From: an uncultured virus (IMG/VR IMGVR_UViG_3300030109_002855)
Lineage: Duplodnaviria; Heunggongvirae; Uroviricota; Caudoviricetes
Direction: 5' to 3' (one strand)
DNA length: 64,000 bases
Virus record (IMG/VR): IMGVR_UViG_3300030109_002855
Coordinates: 1-64,000 of that record
The notes beneath the pieces were generated by a model that was given only the letters and a program-made list of their open reading frames with translations, was not told the origin of the DNA and searched no databases. The position numbers and the translations under genes were made by a program. Below, one piece after another: positions 28,511-38,063 of the stretch; positions within the stretch are counted from its first letter, which is position 1; each line of letters opens with the position of its first letter.

Positions 28511-28765
28511 ATGAATACATTTCAAATGGAAATAGAAACTAAATTAATTAATGATATTGATTTACCACCATTGATTGTCAAGATGGATGAAAATGATTAT
28601 CCTAAGATATTAATTAATACAGCACACAAGACTTGGTTGATGTTATATCGTAAAGAAATAGCAGGATGTGCAGAACATTTATTTAAACAATTAGACAGAG
28701 TTCTTACAGCGCACCTACAAGAAATGCGCTCATTTGAGAAAATGGAAGATGAGCAAAATGACTGA
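28511..28765 (+). CDS. Small hypothetical protein
   Basis: ORF track; adjacent to the upstream stop. Confidence 0.6.
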   Translation: MNTFQMEIETKLINDIDLPPLIVKMDENDYPKILINTAHKTWLMLYRKEIAGCAEHLFKQLDRVLTAHLQEMRSFEKMEDEQND

Positions 28766-29315
28766 TGATAGTTTTCTTCTAGAGTTAAAAGAAGGGGCAA
28801 CTGAAAAAGGTAAACTGAATATTGCATTATTGAGAAACACTTACTATCTATCAATCAAAGCAGGATTAAGTGATGCTTTGTGTATGACTTGTCATGACCC
28901 TATTGATATAAATCAAATTTTAGGTTGTGGTCAGAAGTATAATTTGTTTTGTTCGCCTGAGTGTAGGAAAGAATTGTATGATAGTCGTAAACCACAGTTC
29001 CCTCCAACAACTAAACATTGTGAAAATTGTGGAGTACATTTTACGGTGTATAGTGCAAAAATGCTAGGAGTAAGAAAATATTGCAGAGAAAAATGTCGGG
29101 TTGAAGCAAAGAACAAAAGAAAATTAATTAGGAGAATAGATGACATACAGAATTTCAATGCTCTTAAAAATAGATTAGAAAGAAACATAGCATCATTCAA
29201 AAAAGGTAAAGGTGTTGAATGTTTGGAGTNNNNNNNNNNNGGTCAAGTAAGAAGTTTTGTTCAGACCAACCTTGTGGTCAAACATATAGAAGAAGACAAA
29301 AGAAAAACGGAATGA
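28734..29315 (+). CDS. Protein with repeated CxxC...CxxxC Zn fingers; 3' end spans an assembly gap
   Basis: CMTC..FCSPEC and CENC..YCREKC; N run at 29230-29240. Confidence 0.65.
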   Translation: MRKWKMSKMTDDSFLLELKEGATEKGKLNIALLRNTYYLSIKAGLSDALCMTCHDPIDINQILGCGQKYNLFCSPECRKELYDSRKPQFPPTTKHCENCGVHFTVYSAKMLGVRKYCREKCRVEAKNKRKLIRRIDDIQNFNALKNRLERNIASFKKGKGVECLEXXXXGQVRSFVQTNLVVKHIEEDKRKTE

Positions 29316-29321
29316 GATAAA

Positions 29322-30497
29322 ATGATAGAAGAAGAATACAAATATAAAAGAGAATTAGGTGAAGGAAAGTGGGACAAGATTCTGAAAAGAAAATTGGTAG
29401 AACTATCCGTTGCTGATAATTATGATGAAGCAAAGCATGAATGGATAGCAACAGGTGAATGTTGGTGGAGTGGATTAAGTGAGATGCCTGAATGGGTTAC
29501 AACTCATCCACGCAAATGTTTATGTTCACACAATATTGTATATCATTTTGAGATATTAAATACTGAAAATGGTATACGAGAGTGTGTAGGTTCAGACCAT
29601 ATTAATTCATACTTAATCTTGAGAGCAATTGCAGAAGATACTGGATTAGATATTGACTCAATATCAGAAGATATGATTGAGAAATGGATTAATGTTAGAG
29701 TCGAATCTATGAAGAAAACTGCGTGGTGGCATACTAATGGTGATGCATTTACAACAATGTTTGACCATGTTAAAGATTTAGATATGAGAGTGAATGTTCG
29801 TAAAGTAGGTAAATACTATAATCATGAATATAAACAGTATTTTGATAATACTAAAATTCGTAAATCTAGTAAAGGTACTTATGGCGCACCAACATATAAG
29901 ATGGCTAGTATCGTTTGGAGATGGAATAGTCCTGAAAACCCAAAGAGACAGATTTTAACAAGGGGTTATCCAACTGAGAAGTTGATGAATGATTTAACAT
30001 TGTTTTATGCTATGTTTGAAATGCATAAGACATTAACAGAGAATGAGGATAAGAAACTTGCTGAAAGGCTTCTTGAGGTTCAAAAAGAAAAAGATGACTT
30101 AATATCAAGAAGACAAAGATATATTGAAATAGAGAGAAATAAAATGATTGCTTCTAATATTGAAGAGAATCAAAATGATTCAGAGTTTGAGGACAAATGT
30201 AACTATTATGGTATCAGAATGTTTTCAGAATTGGATGGTATTAATGATTGGGAACGTAAGTTCTTAAGTAGCATTAAGGATTGGATTATGTCGGGTAAAG
30301 AACCTACTGAGGCACAACGCCAATCACTAGTAAAAATTCTAAACAGAGACAATGGAGATGTTCAAATGGCAACAGAAAAACAATGTAGTTATTTGAGGAA
30401 CTTAGGTTATGAAGGGGACTTTGCAAGCCTAAGTAAGCACGATGCATCAGCAGCCATTTCTACTCTTTTAGAAGAAAGGAGGAAAGGATATGAGTAA
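29322..30497 (+). CDS. Hypothetical protein with N-terminal Zn site and C-terminal (P/A)TE.Q repeats
   Basis: CLCSH...VGSDH; PTEAQ and ATEKQ..YL..LG segments. Confidence 0.75.
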   Translation: MIEEEYKYKRELGEGKWDKILKRKLVELSVADNYDEAKHEWIATGECWWSGLSEMPEWVTTHPRKCLCSHNIVYHFEILNTENGIRECVGSDHINSYLILRAIAEDTGLDIDSISEDMIEKWINVRVESMKKTAWWHTNGDAFTTMFDHVKDLDMRVNVRKVGKYYNHEYKQYFDNTKIRKSSKGTYGAPTYKMASIVWRWNSPENPKRQILTRGYPTEKLMNDLTLFYAMFEMHKTLTENEDKKLAERLLEVQKEKDDLISRRQRYIEIERNKMIASNIEENQNDSEFEDKCNYYGIRMFSELDGINDWERKFLSSIKDWIMSGKEPTEAQRQSLVKILNRDNGDVQMATEKQCSYLRNLGYEGDFASLSKHDASAAISTLLEERRKGYE

Positions 30498-30580
30498 GTT
30501 AGGAACATTAGCGAGATTCGCAGTAGGTGTAGTAGTGATAACAACATTATGGCCTATTGGTTTATTCGGAGATGAGTAAA

Positions 30581-30790
30581 ATGAGTAAAAAGAAAAGTGT
30601 AAAAACAGAAGACGCAGAAACAACGAAAGCAGAACCAACTGTTGAGGATTATATTGCCGAGATAAATAAGGCACAAAATATAATCAATCAACTAGTTGCA
30701 GATTTGAACAACCATAAGGCATTATGTGTTCAATATGAAAATACAATAAACGCTTTAACAGGCCGTTTATTAGAGGGAAGGTCGCAATAA
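30581..30790 (+). CDS. Small coiled-coil protein
   Basis: ORF track; start reassigned to the ATG after the GGAGA RBS. Confidence 0.6.
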   Translation: MSKKKSVKTEDAETTKAEPTVEDYIAEINKAQNIINQLVADLNNHKALCVQYENTINALTGRLLEGRSQ

Positions 30791-30836
30791 TTATAGACCT
30801 ATAAAAATGTAGAGAGAATACAAGGAAAGTGAAAAT

Positions 30837-31046
30837 ATGAAATTAACAATAGCAAATGAAACCGGACACACGGTAATGGAAAATATGACAGTAGATGATA
30901 TGCTTGACCAAATACAAGACCATCCAACACATTGGATATATCTTGATGGGATTCAAGTACCTAAAGAAACAATTACAGCAACAGACTGGGACTCAGTAGC
31001 AGATGTACTGCTAATGCCCGGTATGCAGGGTGGAGGCAACCAATAA
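30837..31046 (+). CDS. Ubiquitin-like (beta-grasp, ThiS/MoaD/SAMP-type) protein with masked C-terminal GG
   Basis: 69 aa; MKLTI first strand, TVDDML helix, IYLDG strand, terminal VLLMPGMQGG followed by GNQ. Confidence 0.7.
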   Translation: MKLTIANETGHTVMENMTVDDMLDQIQDHPTHWIYLDGIQVPKETITATDWDSVADVLLMPGMQGGGNQ

Positions 31047-31076
31047 ATACCATTTAGGTATTTATGTCTCTACAAT

Positions 31077-31123
31077 TGAGGTGGCAGCATTCCCTCACAA
31101 TTTGCTGCCCCTCATACCTTTTT
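31077..31123 (+). terminator. Hairpin plus T-tract after the Ubl gene
   Basis: TGAGG.GGCAGCA / TGCTGCC.CCTCA followed by TTTTT. Confidence 0.65.
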
Positions 31124-31137
31124 AGGAGAGGAATCCT

Positions 31138-31518
31138 ATGTTATGCGATTATGCGAATATATTACCGGCTGGAATATTACCAGTCTTTTTGAAATCACAA
31201 GGTTGGCTTTACCGTGATAGTAAAAAATATGAAGATTATACTTTAATGAAGCCCGACTTTTATCCTGTTGGATATGTTCTAGCAGTGAGTATGAAAGCAG
31301 TTATTATTTGTGATGGGGAAACTCTGATTGAATATAACAATAAACAATATAAAGACGTAGATGATTTAATTTCAGAATATGGAATTGATGTAATTTCTAC
31401 CTTCCCATCTTGGAACTTTTTGGTCGAGAGAGAATGGGTCGTAAAGAAGAATGGTGAATATGTTCATTCATTCTCTTCATTTGACCAAATAGTAGAAAGA
31501 AAAAAAATAAGGTGTTAA
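31138..31518 (+). CDS. Hypothetical protein
   Basis: ORF with AGGAGAGG RBS. Confidence 0.7.
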   Translation: MLCDYANILPAGILPVFLKSQGWLYRDSKKYEDYTLMKPDFYPVGYVLAVSMKAVIICDGETLIEYNNKQYKDVDDLISEYGIDVISTFPSWNFLVEREWVVKKNGEYVHSFSSFDQIVERKKIRC

Positions 31519-33404
31519 AGATGAAAGAAATGGAACTACAAAATAAAGTGCTATCAGAGTTTAATGTATTTACGAAGTATGCTAAATATAAAGCAGATGA
31601 GAATAGAAGAGAAACGTGGGATGAGATTTGTGAAAGAAACAAACAAATGCATCTAAAAAAATATATTAATAGAGGTAATCCTCAATTGATTGAAGAGATA
31701 GAAAATGTATATGAGAACTTTGTTAAACCTAGAAAGGTAGTTCCATCAATGAGGTCTTTTCAATTTGCAGGTAAACCCGTAGAACTATCACCTAATAGAT
31801 TATACAATTGTGCATATATGCCAATAGATTCTTTGGAGTGTTTTTCTGAGTCTATGTTTTTATTGTTAGGTGGAACGGGTGTAGGTTATTCTGTACAGCG
31901 ACATCATGTAGAACAACTACCAACTATTAGAAAGCCTAATCCTGATAAGTTTAGAAGAATATTAATTAATGATTCTATTGAAGGTTGGGCTGATGCAATT
32001 AAAGTTCTTTTTGAATCATACTTTGGTATGAGAACATCTTCACCTAATTTTGATTATGATGATATTAGACCTAAAGGTGCGCCACTAAAAACTAGTGGTG
32101 GAAAAGCACCCGGCCCTGCACCACTAAAAATAGCATTAGTTAAAATTGAAACAATGTTATTACAAAAAGAAGAAGGTACACAACTAACTCCTTTAGAGTG
32201 TCATGATATATTATGTCATATTGCTCATGCAGTTTTATCGGGTGGTATTAGACGAGCAGCATTAATATCTTTATTTAGTGCTGATGATAATGAAATGATT
32301 AATTGTAAAGCAGGTAAGTGGTATGAACAGAATCCACAAAGAGGTAGAGCAAATAACTCAGCATTCTTACTTAGACATAGAATAGAAAAAGGATTCTTTG
32401 AGGATTTATGGGAAAGAATTAGATTATCTAACTCAGGAGAACCGGGAATATATTTCTCCCATGATAAAGATTGGGGAACAAATCCTTGTTGTGAGATTGC
32501 TTTACGCCCTTATCAGTTCTGCAACCTGTCAGAGTGTAATGTTTCTGATGTTTTATCTCAAGAAGATTTAGAAGAGAGAGTAAAAGCAGCCGCTTTCTTA
32601 GGAACTTTACAAGCAGGTTATACAGATTTCCACTATTTACGGGAAGTTTGGCAGAAAACTACTGAAAAAGATGCACTTTTAGGTGTGTCTATGACGGGAA
32701 TAGGTAGTAATAAAGTAACTTTATTAGATATTGAACAAGCAGCAATCGTTGCAAAGAATGAAAATGAAAGAGTTTCTGAACTACTTGGGATAAATAAAGC
32801 AGCAAGAGTTACTTGTGTTAAACCATCAGGAACGGCTAGTTGTGTATTAGGTACTTCATCAGGTATTCATCCTTGGTATGCTCCATTCTATAATAGAAGA
32901 GTTAGAGTAAACAAAGTAGAACCTGTATATCAATATCTATTAGATAGAGTACCTGATTTAATAGAAGATGATTACTTTAGTGCAACTGAGGCAGTATTCT
33001 CTATACCACAAAAAGCACCTAAAGGTGATGTAATAACTAGACATGAGTCTGCAATTAATATGTTAGAACGTGTAAAGCGTTTTTCTGTTGGTTGGGTTCA
33101 ACGTGGTCATAGAGATGGATTGAATACTCATAATGTATCTGCAACTGTTCAAATTCGTGAAGATGAATGGGAAGATGTAGGTGCATGGATGTGGTTGAAT
33201 AGACATTATTACAATGGTCTAGCGGTTTTACCATATGATAATGGTTCTTATAAACAAGCACCATTTGAAGAAATAACAGAAGAAGAATATAATAGTATGA
33301 GGTCTAAACTATACGATTTAGACTTTACACACGTAATAGAATTAGATGACAATACCGATTTACAAGGAGAGATTGCTTGTGCAGGTGGAGTTTGTGAAAT
33401 ATGA
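31512..33404 (+). CDS. nrdJ: Class II (B12-dependent) ribonucleotide reductase
   Basis: PSMR, YNC, GGTGVG, NPCCEI, KPSGT and C-terminal CAGGVCEI motifs. Confidence 0.93.
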   Translation: MLKMKEMELQNKVLSEFNVFTKYAKYKADENRRETWDEICERNKQMHLKKYINRGNPQLIEEIENVYENFVKPRKVVPSMRSFQFAGKPVELSPNRLYNCAYMPIDSLECFSESMFLLLGGTGVGYSVQRHHVEQLPTIRKPNPDKFRRILINDSIEGWADAIKVLFESYFGMRTSSPNFDYDDIRPKGAPLKTSGGKAPGPAPLKIALVKIETMLLQKEEGTQLTPLECHDILCHIAHAVLSGGIRRAALISLFSADDNEMINCKAGKWYEQNPQRGRANNSAFLLRHRIEKGFFEDLWERIRLSNSGEPGIYFSHDKDWGTNPCCEIALRPYQFCNLSECNVSDVLSQEDLEERVKAAAFLGTLQAGYTDFHYLREVWQKTTEKDALLGVSMTGIGSNKVTLLDIEQAAIVAKNENERVSELLGINKAARVTCVKPSGTASCVLGTSSGIHPWYAPFYNRRVRVNKVEPVYQYLLDRVPDLIEDDYFSATEAVFSIPQKAPKGDVITRHESAINMLERVKRFSVGWVQRGHRDGLNTHNVSATVQIREDEWEDVGAWMWLNRHYYNGLAVLPYDNGSYKQAPFEEITEEEYNSMRSKLYDLDFTHVIELDDNTDLQGEIACAGGVCEI

Positions 33405-33688
33405 GATATAGGTCAAAACTAAATAGAGAAGAGTTTCTAGAAATAGAACAAGAAATATATGATATGTTTTCTAATGATACAGTTAAAAACAATGTGCATA
33501 AAAGATTCAATCAGTTGAGGGATGGTAATATGACTCCCCTAACATTTATGCATAACTTGCTACGGACATTGAATACTATCAACAATATAACGAGGAGTGA
33601 AGCCCTCACAAAAATAGTGGAAACACACGAATATAAAAAATATAAAGAGAGGAATATAAATGAAGATAATTTACGAGAACATACCTAA
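33401..33688 (+). CDS. Hypothetical protein
   Basis: ATGA-coupled ORF. Confidence 0.6.
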   Translation: MRYRSKLNREEFLEIEQEIYDMFSNDTVKNNVHKRFNQLRDGNMTPLTFMHNLLRTLNTINNITRSEALTKIVETHEYKKYKERNINEDNLREHT

Positions 33689-33917
33689 GAGCAAAATAAT
33701 AAAAGCATATAGAAATAAACTGAAAGAATCAGGAGATTATACTAATCGGTATAATACATCTGATTGTGTACCATCTTTAGTACGGCCTAATGTTATGGGT
33801 TTTACAATGAGTTGGGTTGACTTTCGTAGGCTGCCTAGAGAAATGGTTGCAATGCATTGTTTTATGCAAGGTCTAACTATTGATGGTGTTCAAACTATTG
33901 CGGAGGAAGAAGAGTGA
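33660..33917 (+). CDS. Hypothetical protein
   Basis: GAGG RBS; ORF track. Confidence 0.6.
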   Translation: MKIIYENIPKSKIIKAYRNKLKESGDYTNRYNTSDCVPSLVRPNVMGFTMSWVDFRRLPREMVAMHCFMQGLTIDGVQTIAEEEE

Positions 33918-35134
33918 AAGTTAAGTTATATGTTCCAAGAGCAGATGATAGTCAGATAATGGATACAACAAGTTTTCTATATCGCACTACTGATTTGAAA
34001 CGTAATTATCGTAGTAAACTAAATAGATTTGGTGAATATAAAGTAGTAAGTAGACTTGACCTAGATAAAAAAAATAGTTTAGACCCTATTTATACAGGAA
34101 TTAGTCAAGCACTAAATAAATTTCTATTTATGTCAACCAATGATACTGTTACAACTATTATTACCCTTAAGTATGATGATGGAGACACAACTATTGTTTT
34201 CCAAAAGAATAAGCCTCACTTTTTCTTAAATGGTGAGAAAGATAGTAAAGGTATCATTATAGATAATTTAAGTAAGATTTTGTATCGTTCTTGTTTTGAG
34301 AATAGCAGTACTAAGATGGATAGATATATTCGTAGATTGTTATTATTCCCACCGAATGTAATGCATTCAGTAGAAAATAGAACACCTTATTCATTTTATA
34401 GTAATGATGGGTCAATGGTGAAACAGAATGTTAGGATTAAAACAAAGATTATTTCTGATAAAGAATGTGCATTAGAAATTTCTGATGGTGTTTGGGCTAG
34501 TATTACAATAAAAGATTTAAATTCATTTGTTAATTACCATAGGCATGGTCACAAACGCTCTGAAAAATGGGGAGTTTCACCTGAAAACCTATGGAAAAAA
34601 TTGTTAAGTTATGAACCTAGTAAGTCTCAAATAAAACTAATGTATGCTTTTTTAGAACAAAATAGAACTAAATCATTAGTTGAAAAGAGAGCCGAAGAAC
34701 TATTAGCAGAATTAGAAACTAAGTTTCCTAGTAAAATTAAAGTCTTTAAGTTGGGTAAACGTAAGCAAACTATTATGTTAGTTAGAGGTCAGAGATGTGA
34801 TTGGGTATTAAAAGAAAGTCCTTCTTCATCTGATACTCAGAAAGTTAATACTCATAGATTTGTAGAAAATAATGATGGTGAAGCAAGTTCCAAAGGGGCT
34901 TTAATACATCCTTATAATTCTACGATACTAGGTACTTTATCAGGAGTATGTATAGATAATGTTCATAAAAATTCTAGTCTAGGCGACCAATTTGCTGCAA
35001 GGGCAATGTTTCTTATGAATGATGTTACATCAAGTTCACAAATTAATACTATGAGACTACCCGACAAGGAACATAGAATACCTGATGTATATTGGGATAA
35101 CTTAGATGAAATTGTTACGAGGGGAAAATTGTGA
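33914..35134 (+). CDS. Hypothetical protein; C-terminal region possibly E2-like
   Basis: 406 aa ORF is clear; the E2 call rests only on IHPY...GVCID resembling HPN...GxICLD, plus gene context. Confidence 0.4.
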   Translation: MKVKLYVPRADDSQIMDTTSFLYRTTDLKRNYRSKLNRFGEYKVVSRLDLDKKNSLDPIYTGISQALNKFLFMSTNDTVTTIITLKYDDGDTTIVFQKNKPHFFLNGEKDSKGIIIDNLSKILYRSCFENSSTKMDRYIRRLLLFPPNVMHSVENRTPYSFYSNDGSMVKQNVRIKTKIISDKECALEISDGVWASITIKDLNSFVNYHRHGHKRSEKWGVSPENLWKKLLSYEPSKSQIKLMYAFLEQNRTKSLVEKRAEELLAELETKFPSKIKVFKLGKRKQTIMLVRGQRCDWVLKESPSSSDTQKVNTHRFVENNDGEASSKGALIHPYNSTILGTLSGVCIDNVHKNSSLGDQFAARAMFLMNDVTSSSQINTMRLPDKEHRIPDVYWDNLDEIVTRGKL

Positions 35135-36042
35135 AATGTATAGAATGTGAATCAGAAAGAAATATGTTTGATGAAAGATTGGGTGAGCAAGTTTGTTTAG
35201 ATTGTGGACTTGTCTTGGTAAAAAATATATTTGAAGAGACTATTAGAAATGTAGATTATAATATATCAAACATAGATTATAAAGGCGCACCTAACAAGTC
35301 TTGGGATTTAGGTTCAACTATTCATAAAGGAGATGTGAATAAGTTTGGTGTTATGGGTAGAAAATTATTCTTTACTCAAAGACACAACAACCCATTGAAT
35401 GAATCTTATTTGAGAATGCTGAAGTTATCTAATATGAATCTATCATATTATAATGTAGCACCTGTACTAAAGAGTAGAGTAAGTAAATATTATAATTTGC
35501 TAAATAAAAAACAAGCATTAAGAGCAGTGCCTATTGATAATAGAGCAGCAAGTTTAACTTATTATATATTGAAAGAAGCAGGTATTGCAGTAACAGTACA
35601 GAAGCATTCTAATGTAACTAAGATATCTAGAGGCGAAATATCAAAATATGCTAGAGTGATAGCAACTCATTTAGGTAAGCCTTGGGTCTTTTCTCAAATG
35701 AACATTGAAGGTTTGATTCAAGAAGTTGGGTCGAAATTATATTTACCTAACCCTCAATATATTGGGGATGTAAGTAAATTATCAGAACACGTTTATCAAA
35801 AACTAGATGCTCATGGTGTGCAGTTTACAATAGCAACTTTGTCTGCATGTTTTTATTTAGTGTCAGTATTTAGACGGGAAAATTATACACAACAAGAGGT
35901 TGCTAAATTAGTTGGTACTACCGAAGTATCACTAAGAAAGAACATGAAAAAGATTTTACAATTATATAATGTGGATAAAAATAAATTAAATTATATGGTA
36001 TTAAATGATTTTATTAATGGAATAAAAATAGGAGAGAAATAA
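35131..36042 (+). CDS. tfb: Transcription initiation factor IIB (TFB) homolog
   Basis: Zn ribbon CIEC...GEQVCLDCGLV; two cyclin repeats ending in the TQQEVAKLVGTTEVSLR HTH. Confidence 0.9.
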   Translation: MKCIECESERNMFDERLGEQVCLDCGLVLVKNIFEETIRNVDYNISNIDYKGAPNKSWDLGSTIHKGDVNKFGVMGRKLFFTQRHNNPLNESYLRMLKLSNMNLSYYNVAPVLKSRVSKYYNLLNKKQALRAVPIDNRAASLTYYILKEAGIAVTVQKHSNVTKISRGEISKYARVIATHLGKPWVFSQMNIEGLIQEVGSKLYLPNPQYIGDVSKLSEHVYQKLDAHGVQFTIATLSACFYLVSVFRRENYTQQEVAKLVGTTEVSLRKNMKKILQLYNVDKNKLNYMVLNDFINGIKIGEK

Positions 36043-36044
36043 GA

Positions 36045-36620
36045 ATGAAAAGAAAGATAATGATAATAGGTGCAGGTGGTATAGGTAGTATGTTAATACA
36101 TAATTTAGAAAGATTAGGTATTTATGATATAACTGTCTATGATGATGATAAAGTAGAATATAAAAATATATTTTATCAACATTATGAGTCTGCTCATATA
36201 GGTTTAAACAAAGCAAAAGCAATTAAGAAACAATTTACAGATGTTAAAGCAGAACCGTATTTAGTTTTAGTACCTAAACAATTGAAAGGTTATGACCTAG
36301 TTATTTGTTGTGCAGATAATTTAGATGTAAGACGCTTGCTTTATAGGCAAGGTACAGGTGATGATGCTAACGTGAAGTGGTTAGATTTACGAGCGCAAGG
36401 CAGAAATGCTACGCTAATATCATATATGCTTAACCCTGATTTAGTGGATACTGTATTAACAGGAGAAGAAGGTTCTTTTTCCTGTCAAGCACAGTCTTGG
36501 GATGGTTCTGCTGAGGGTGTTAATATGATGAATAATGTAATTGCTTCTGTCGCTGCTCAATGGATTCAGAAATGGTTCAATAAGCAGGAAGTATCTGCAA
36601 GTATGGTGTATAATATATGA
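36045..36620 (+). CDS. ThiF/E1-like adenylyltransferase
   Basis: IIGAGGIGS, YDDDKVEYKN..Q, NKA, DLVICCADN..R; candidate catalytic Cys in GSFSCQ. Confidence 0.9.
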   Translation: MKRKIMIIGAGGIGSMLIHNLERLGIYDITVYDDDKVEYKNIFYQHYESAHIGLNKAKAIKKQFTDVKAEPYLVLVPKQLKGYDLVICCADNLDVRRLLYRQGTGDDANVKWLDLRAQGRNATLISYMLNPDLVDTVLTGEEGSFSCQAQSWDGSAEGVNMMNNVIASVAAQWIQKWFNKQEVSASMVYNI

Positions 36621-36859
36621 ACGATAAAGTTGATGACGATTTAGAATTATCAGATGAGGATATAGGTGAAATAATAAGTATTATTTCTAAGGATGGGATT
36701 TATCTTAGGTCTGAAATAGTTAGAGTGTGTTGTCATATTTGCGGTGAAGAGTTTATAGGAACAAAAAGACATGCAGGAGGTTTTCTAAGTGGACATCAAG
36801 TATATCATGAGTCTATTATTAAAGAGAGTATTAGAGCATCCCAACAAGGAGGAGTCTAA
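36617..36859 (+). CDS. C2H2-like Zn-finger protein
   Basis: CHIC...HQVYH. Confidence 0.65.
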   Translation: MNDKVDDDLELSDEDIGEIISIISKDGIYLRSEIVRVCCHICGEEFIGTKRHAGGFLSGHQVYHESIIKESIRASQQGGV

Positions 36860-36860
36860 T

Positions 36861-37151
36861 ATGGGATTAGAAGATTGGAAACCTTCTAAAGAAACATCTG
36901 AAATTGATGTGGTTAATGTTGTATCAAATTGGACTGATGAATATCCAACAGAGTTTGGTATGACTAGTTTCCTAAGAGATAAGATATTTGCTGTATCTAA
37001 TACAGGTAAGAGTGTGTTGGTGCATATGATGAATGGTCAAACATTTACAATAACTATTAAAAATAGCCCAATTCCTTTTTTTAAGGATGATAGGCTTACT
37101 AATGAAATTGTAATCAAAGAATTAAAAGGTGAGAAAAATGAAAAAGAATAA
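36861..37151 (+). CDS. Hypothetical protein
   Basis: ATG after GGAGGAG RBS (MGLEDW). Confidence 0.6.
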   Translation: MGLEDWKPSKETSEIDVVNVVSNWTDEYPTEFGMTSFLRDKIFAVSNTGKSVLVHMMNGQTFTITIKNSPIPFFKDDRLTNEIVIKELKGEKNEKE

Positions 37152-37509
37152 AGTTAAGAAAGGAAAATGGGATGAACATGAAGTAAAGTTACTTTGTGTT
37201 TGTTTGGATGAGGGTTTGGATGTTGAAGAAATAGTATTACGATTTGATGGTACTAGAACTTCAGCACAAATTAAAAGTAAAATTTCATCCAAAGCAATAA
37301 GAGAGCGTCATGTTGATTTAGATATAGAAGAGATGCATGAGGACTTAGTTAAAGAAGAAGAAATGGAAGAACATCTAGAAAAAGTAAAAGATGTTCTCGA
37401 CGAGAAAATAGCAGAAGTTAAGAAAACTAATAATAAAATGGTATTTAGATTAATTCTAATTACCGCAATAATTGTTGGTGTGTTAATAGAAACAGGGGTA
37501 ATAGAATGA
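37129..37509 (+). CDS. Myb/SANT-like HTH protein with C-terminal transmembrane helix
   Basis: KGKWDEHEVKLL...G...I...F..RTSAQIKSK; hydrophobic tail LILITAIIVGVLI. Confidence 0.6.
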   Translation: MRKMKKNKVKKGKWDEHEVKLLCVCLDEGLDVEEIVLRFDGTRTSAQIKSKISSKAIRERHVDLDIEEMHEDLVKEEEMEEHLEKVKDVLDEKIAEVKKTNNKMVFRLILITAIIVGVLIETGVIE

Positions 37510-38063
37510 AAATAAAGAATAGTGAAGAAGAATATGATAAGAATGATAAATTATATGTAGATATAATGGAAAAGGTTGTTAAAGATAACGAATGGAAAAA
37601 ACCTATTAGAGAATTATGGGAAGTATGTTCTGATAGTATGGAATGGGTGTATCCTGATTTTGGTACAGAAGCATTCCTAAGTCAAATATACAAGCAATCT
37701 ATTGAATATTTTGATATTCCTAGAGAAGTTCAGGTGTTAGTAGATGATAATAACAATTTATTTATGAGTGTCGGGACACCCGGATTTGTATCTTTTGCAA
37801 ATCAAGATGATGAGTTGTATGGTAGTGAAGAACCAATGAAACTACCTATTAGATGTTGGATTCATACTCATCCTAATATGTCAGCATATTTCAGTGGAAC
37901 TGATTGGGCAACTATTGATACTTGGAAAGGTAATTTAGATAGTGCAATTGTTTTAGGTCAAGGTGAACTGTGGGCTTATGATTGTAAAACTGAAATAGGT
38001 AAACACGTATCATTTATTAAGACTAATAGTGGTAGGTATTCTGTAACGGAAGGTGAAGAGTGA
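37506..38063 (+). CDS. JAB/MPN+ (JAMM) metalloprotease
   Basis: Catalytic E in PREVQ and HTHP-x5-FS-x2-D (WIHTHPNMSAYFSGTD). Confidence 0.88.
   Translation: MKIKNSEEEYDKNDKLYVDIMEKVVKDNEWKKPIRELWEVCSDSMEWVYPDFGTEAFLSQIYKQSIEYFDIPREVQVLVDDNNNLFMSVGTPGFVSFANQDDELYGSEEPMKLPIRCWIHTHPNMSAYFSGTDWATIDTWKGNLDSAIVLGQGELWAYDCKTEIGKHVSFIKTNSGRYSVTEGEE

Noticed and set aside
29230..29240. Apparent frameshift or odd C-terminus in the Zn-finger ORF
   Set aside because: Caused by an 11-N assembly gap
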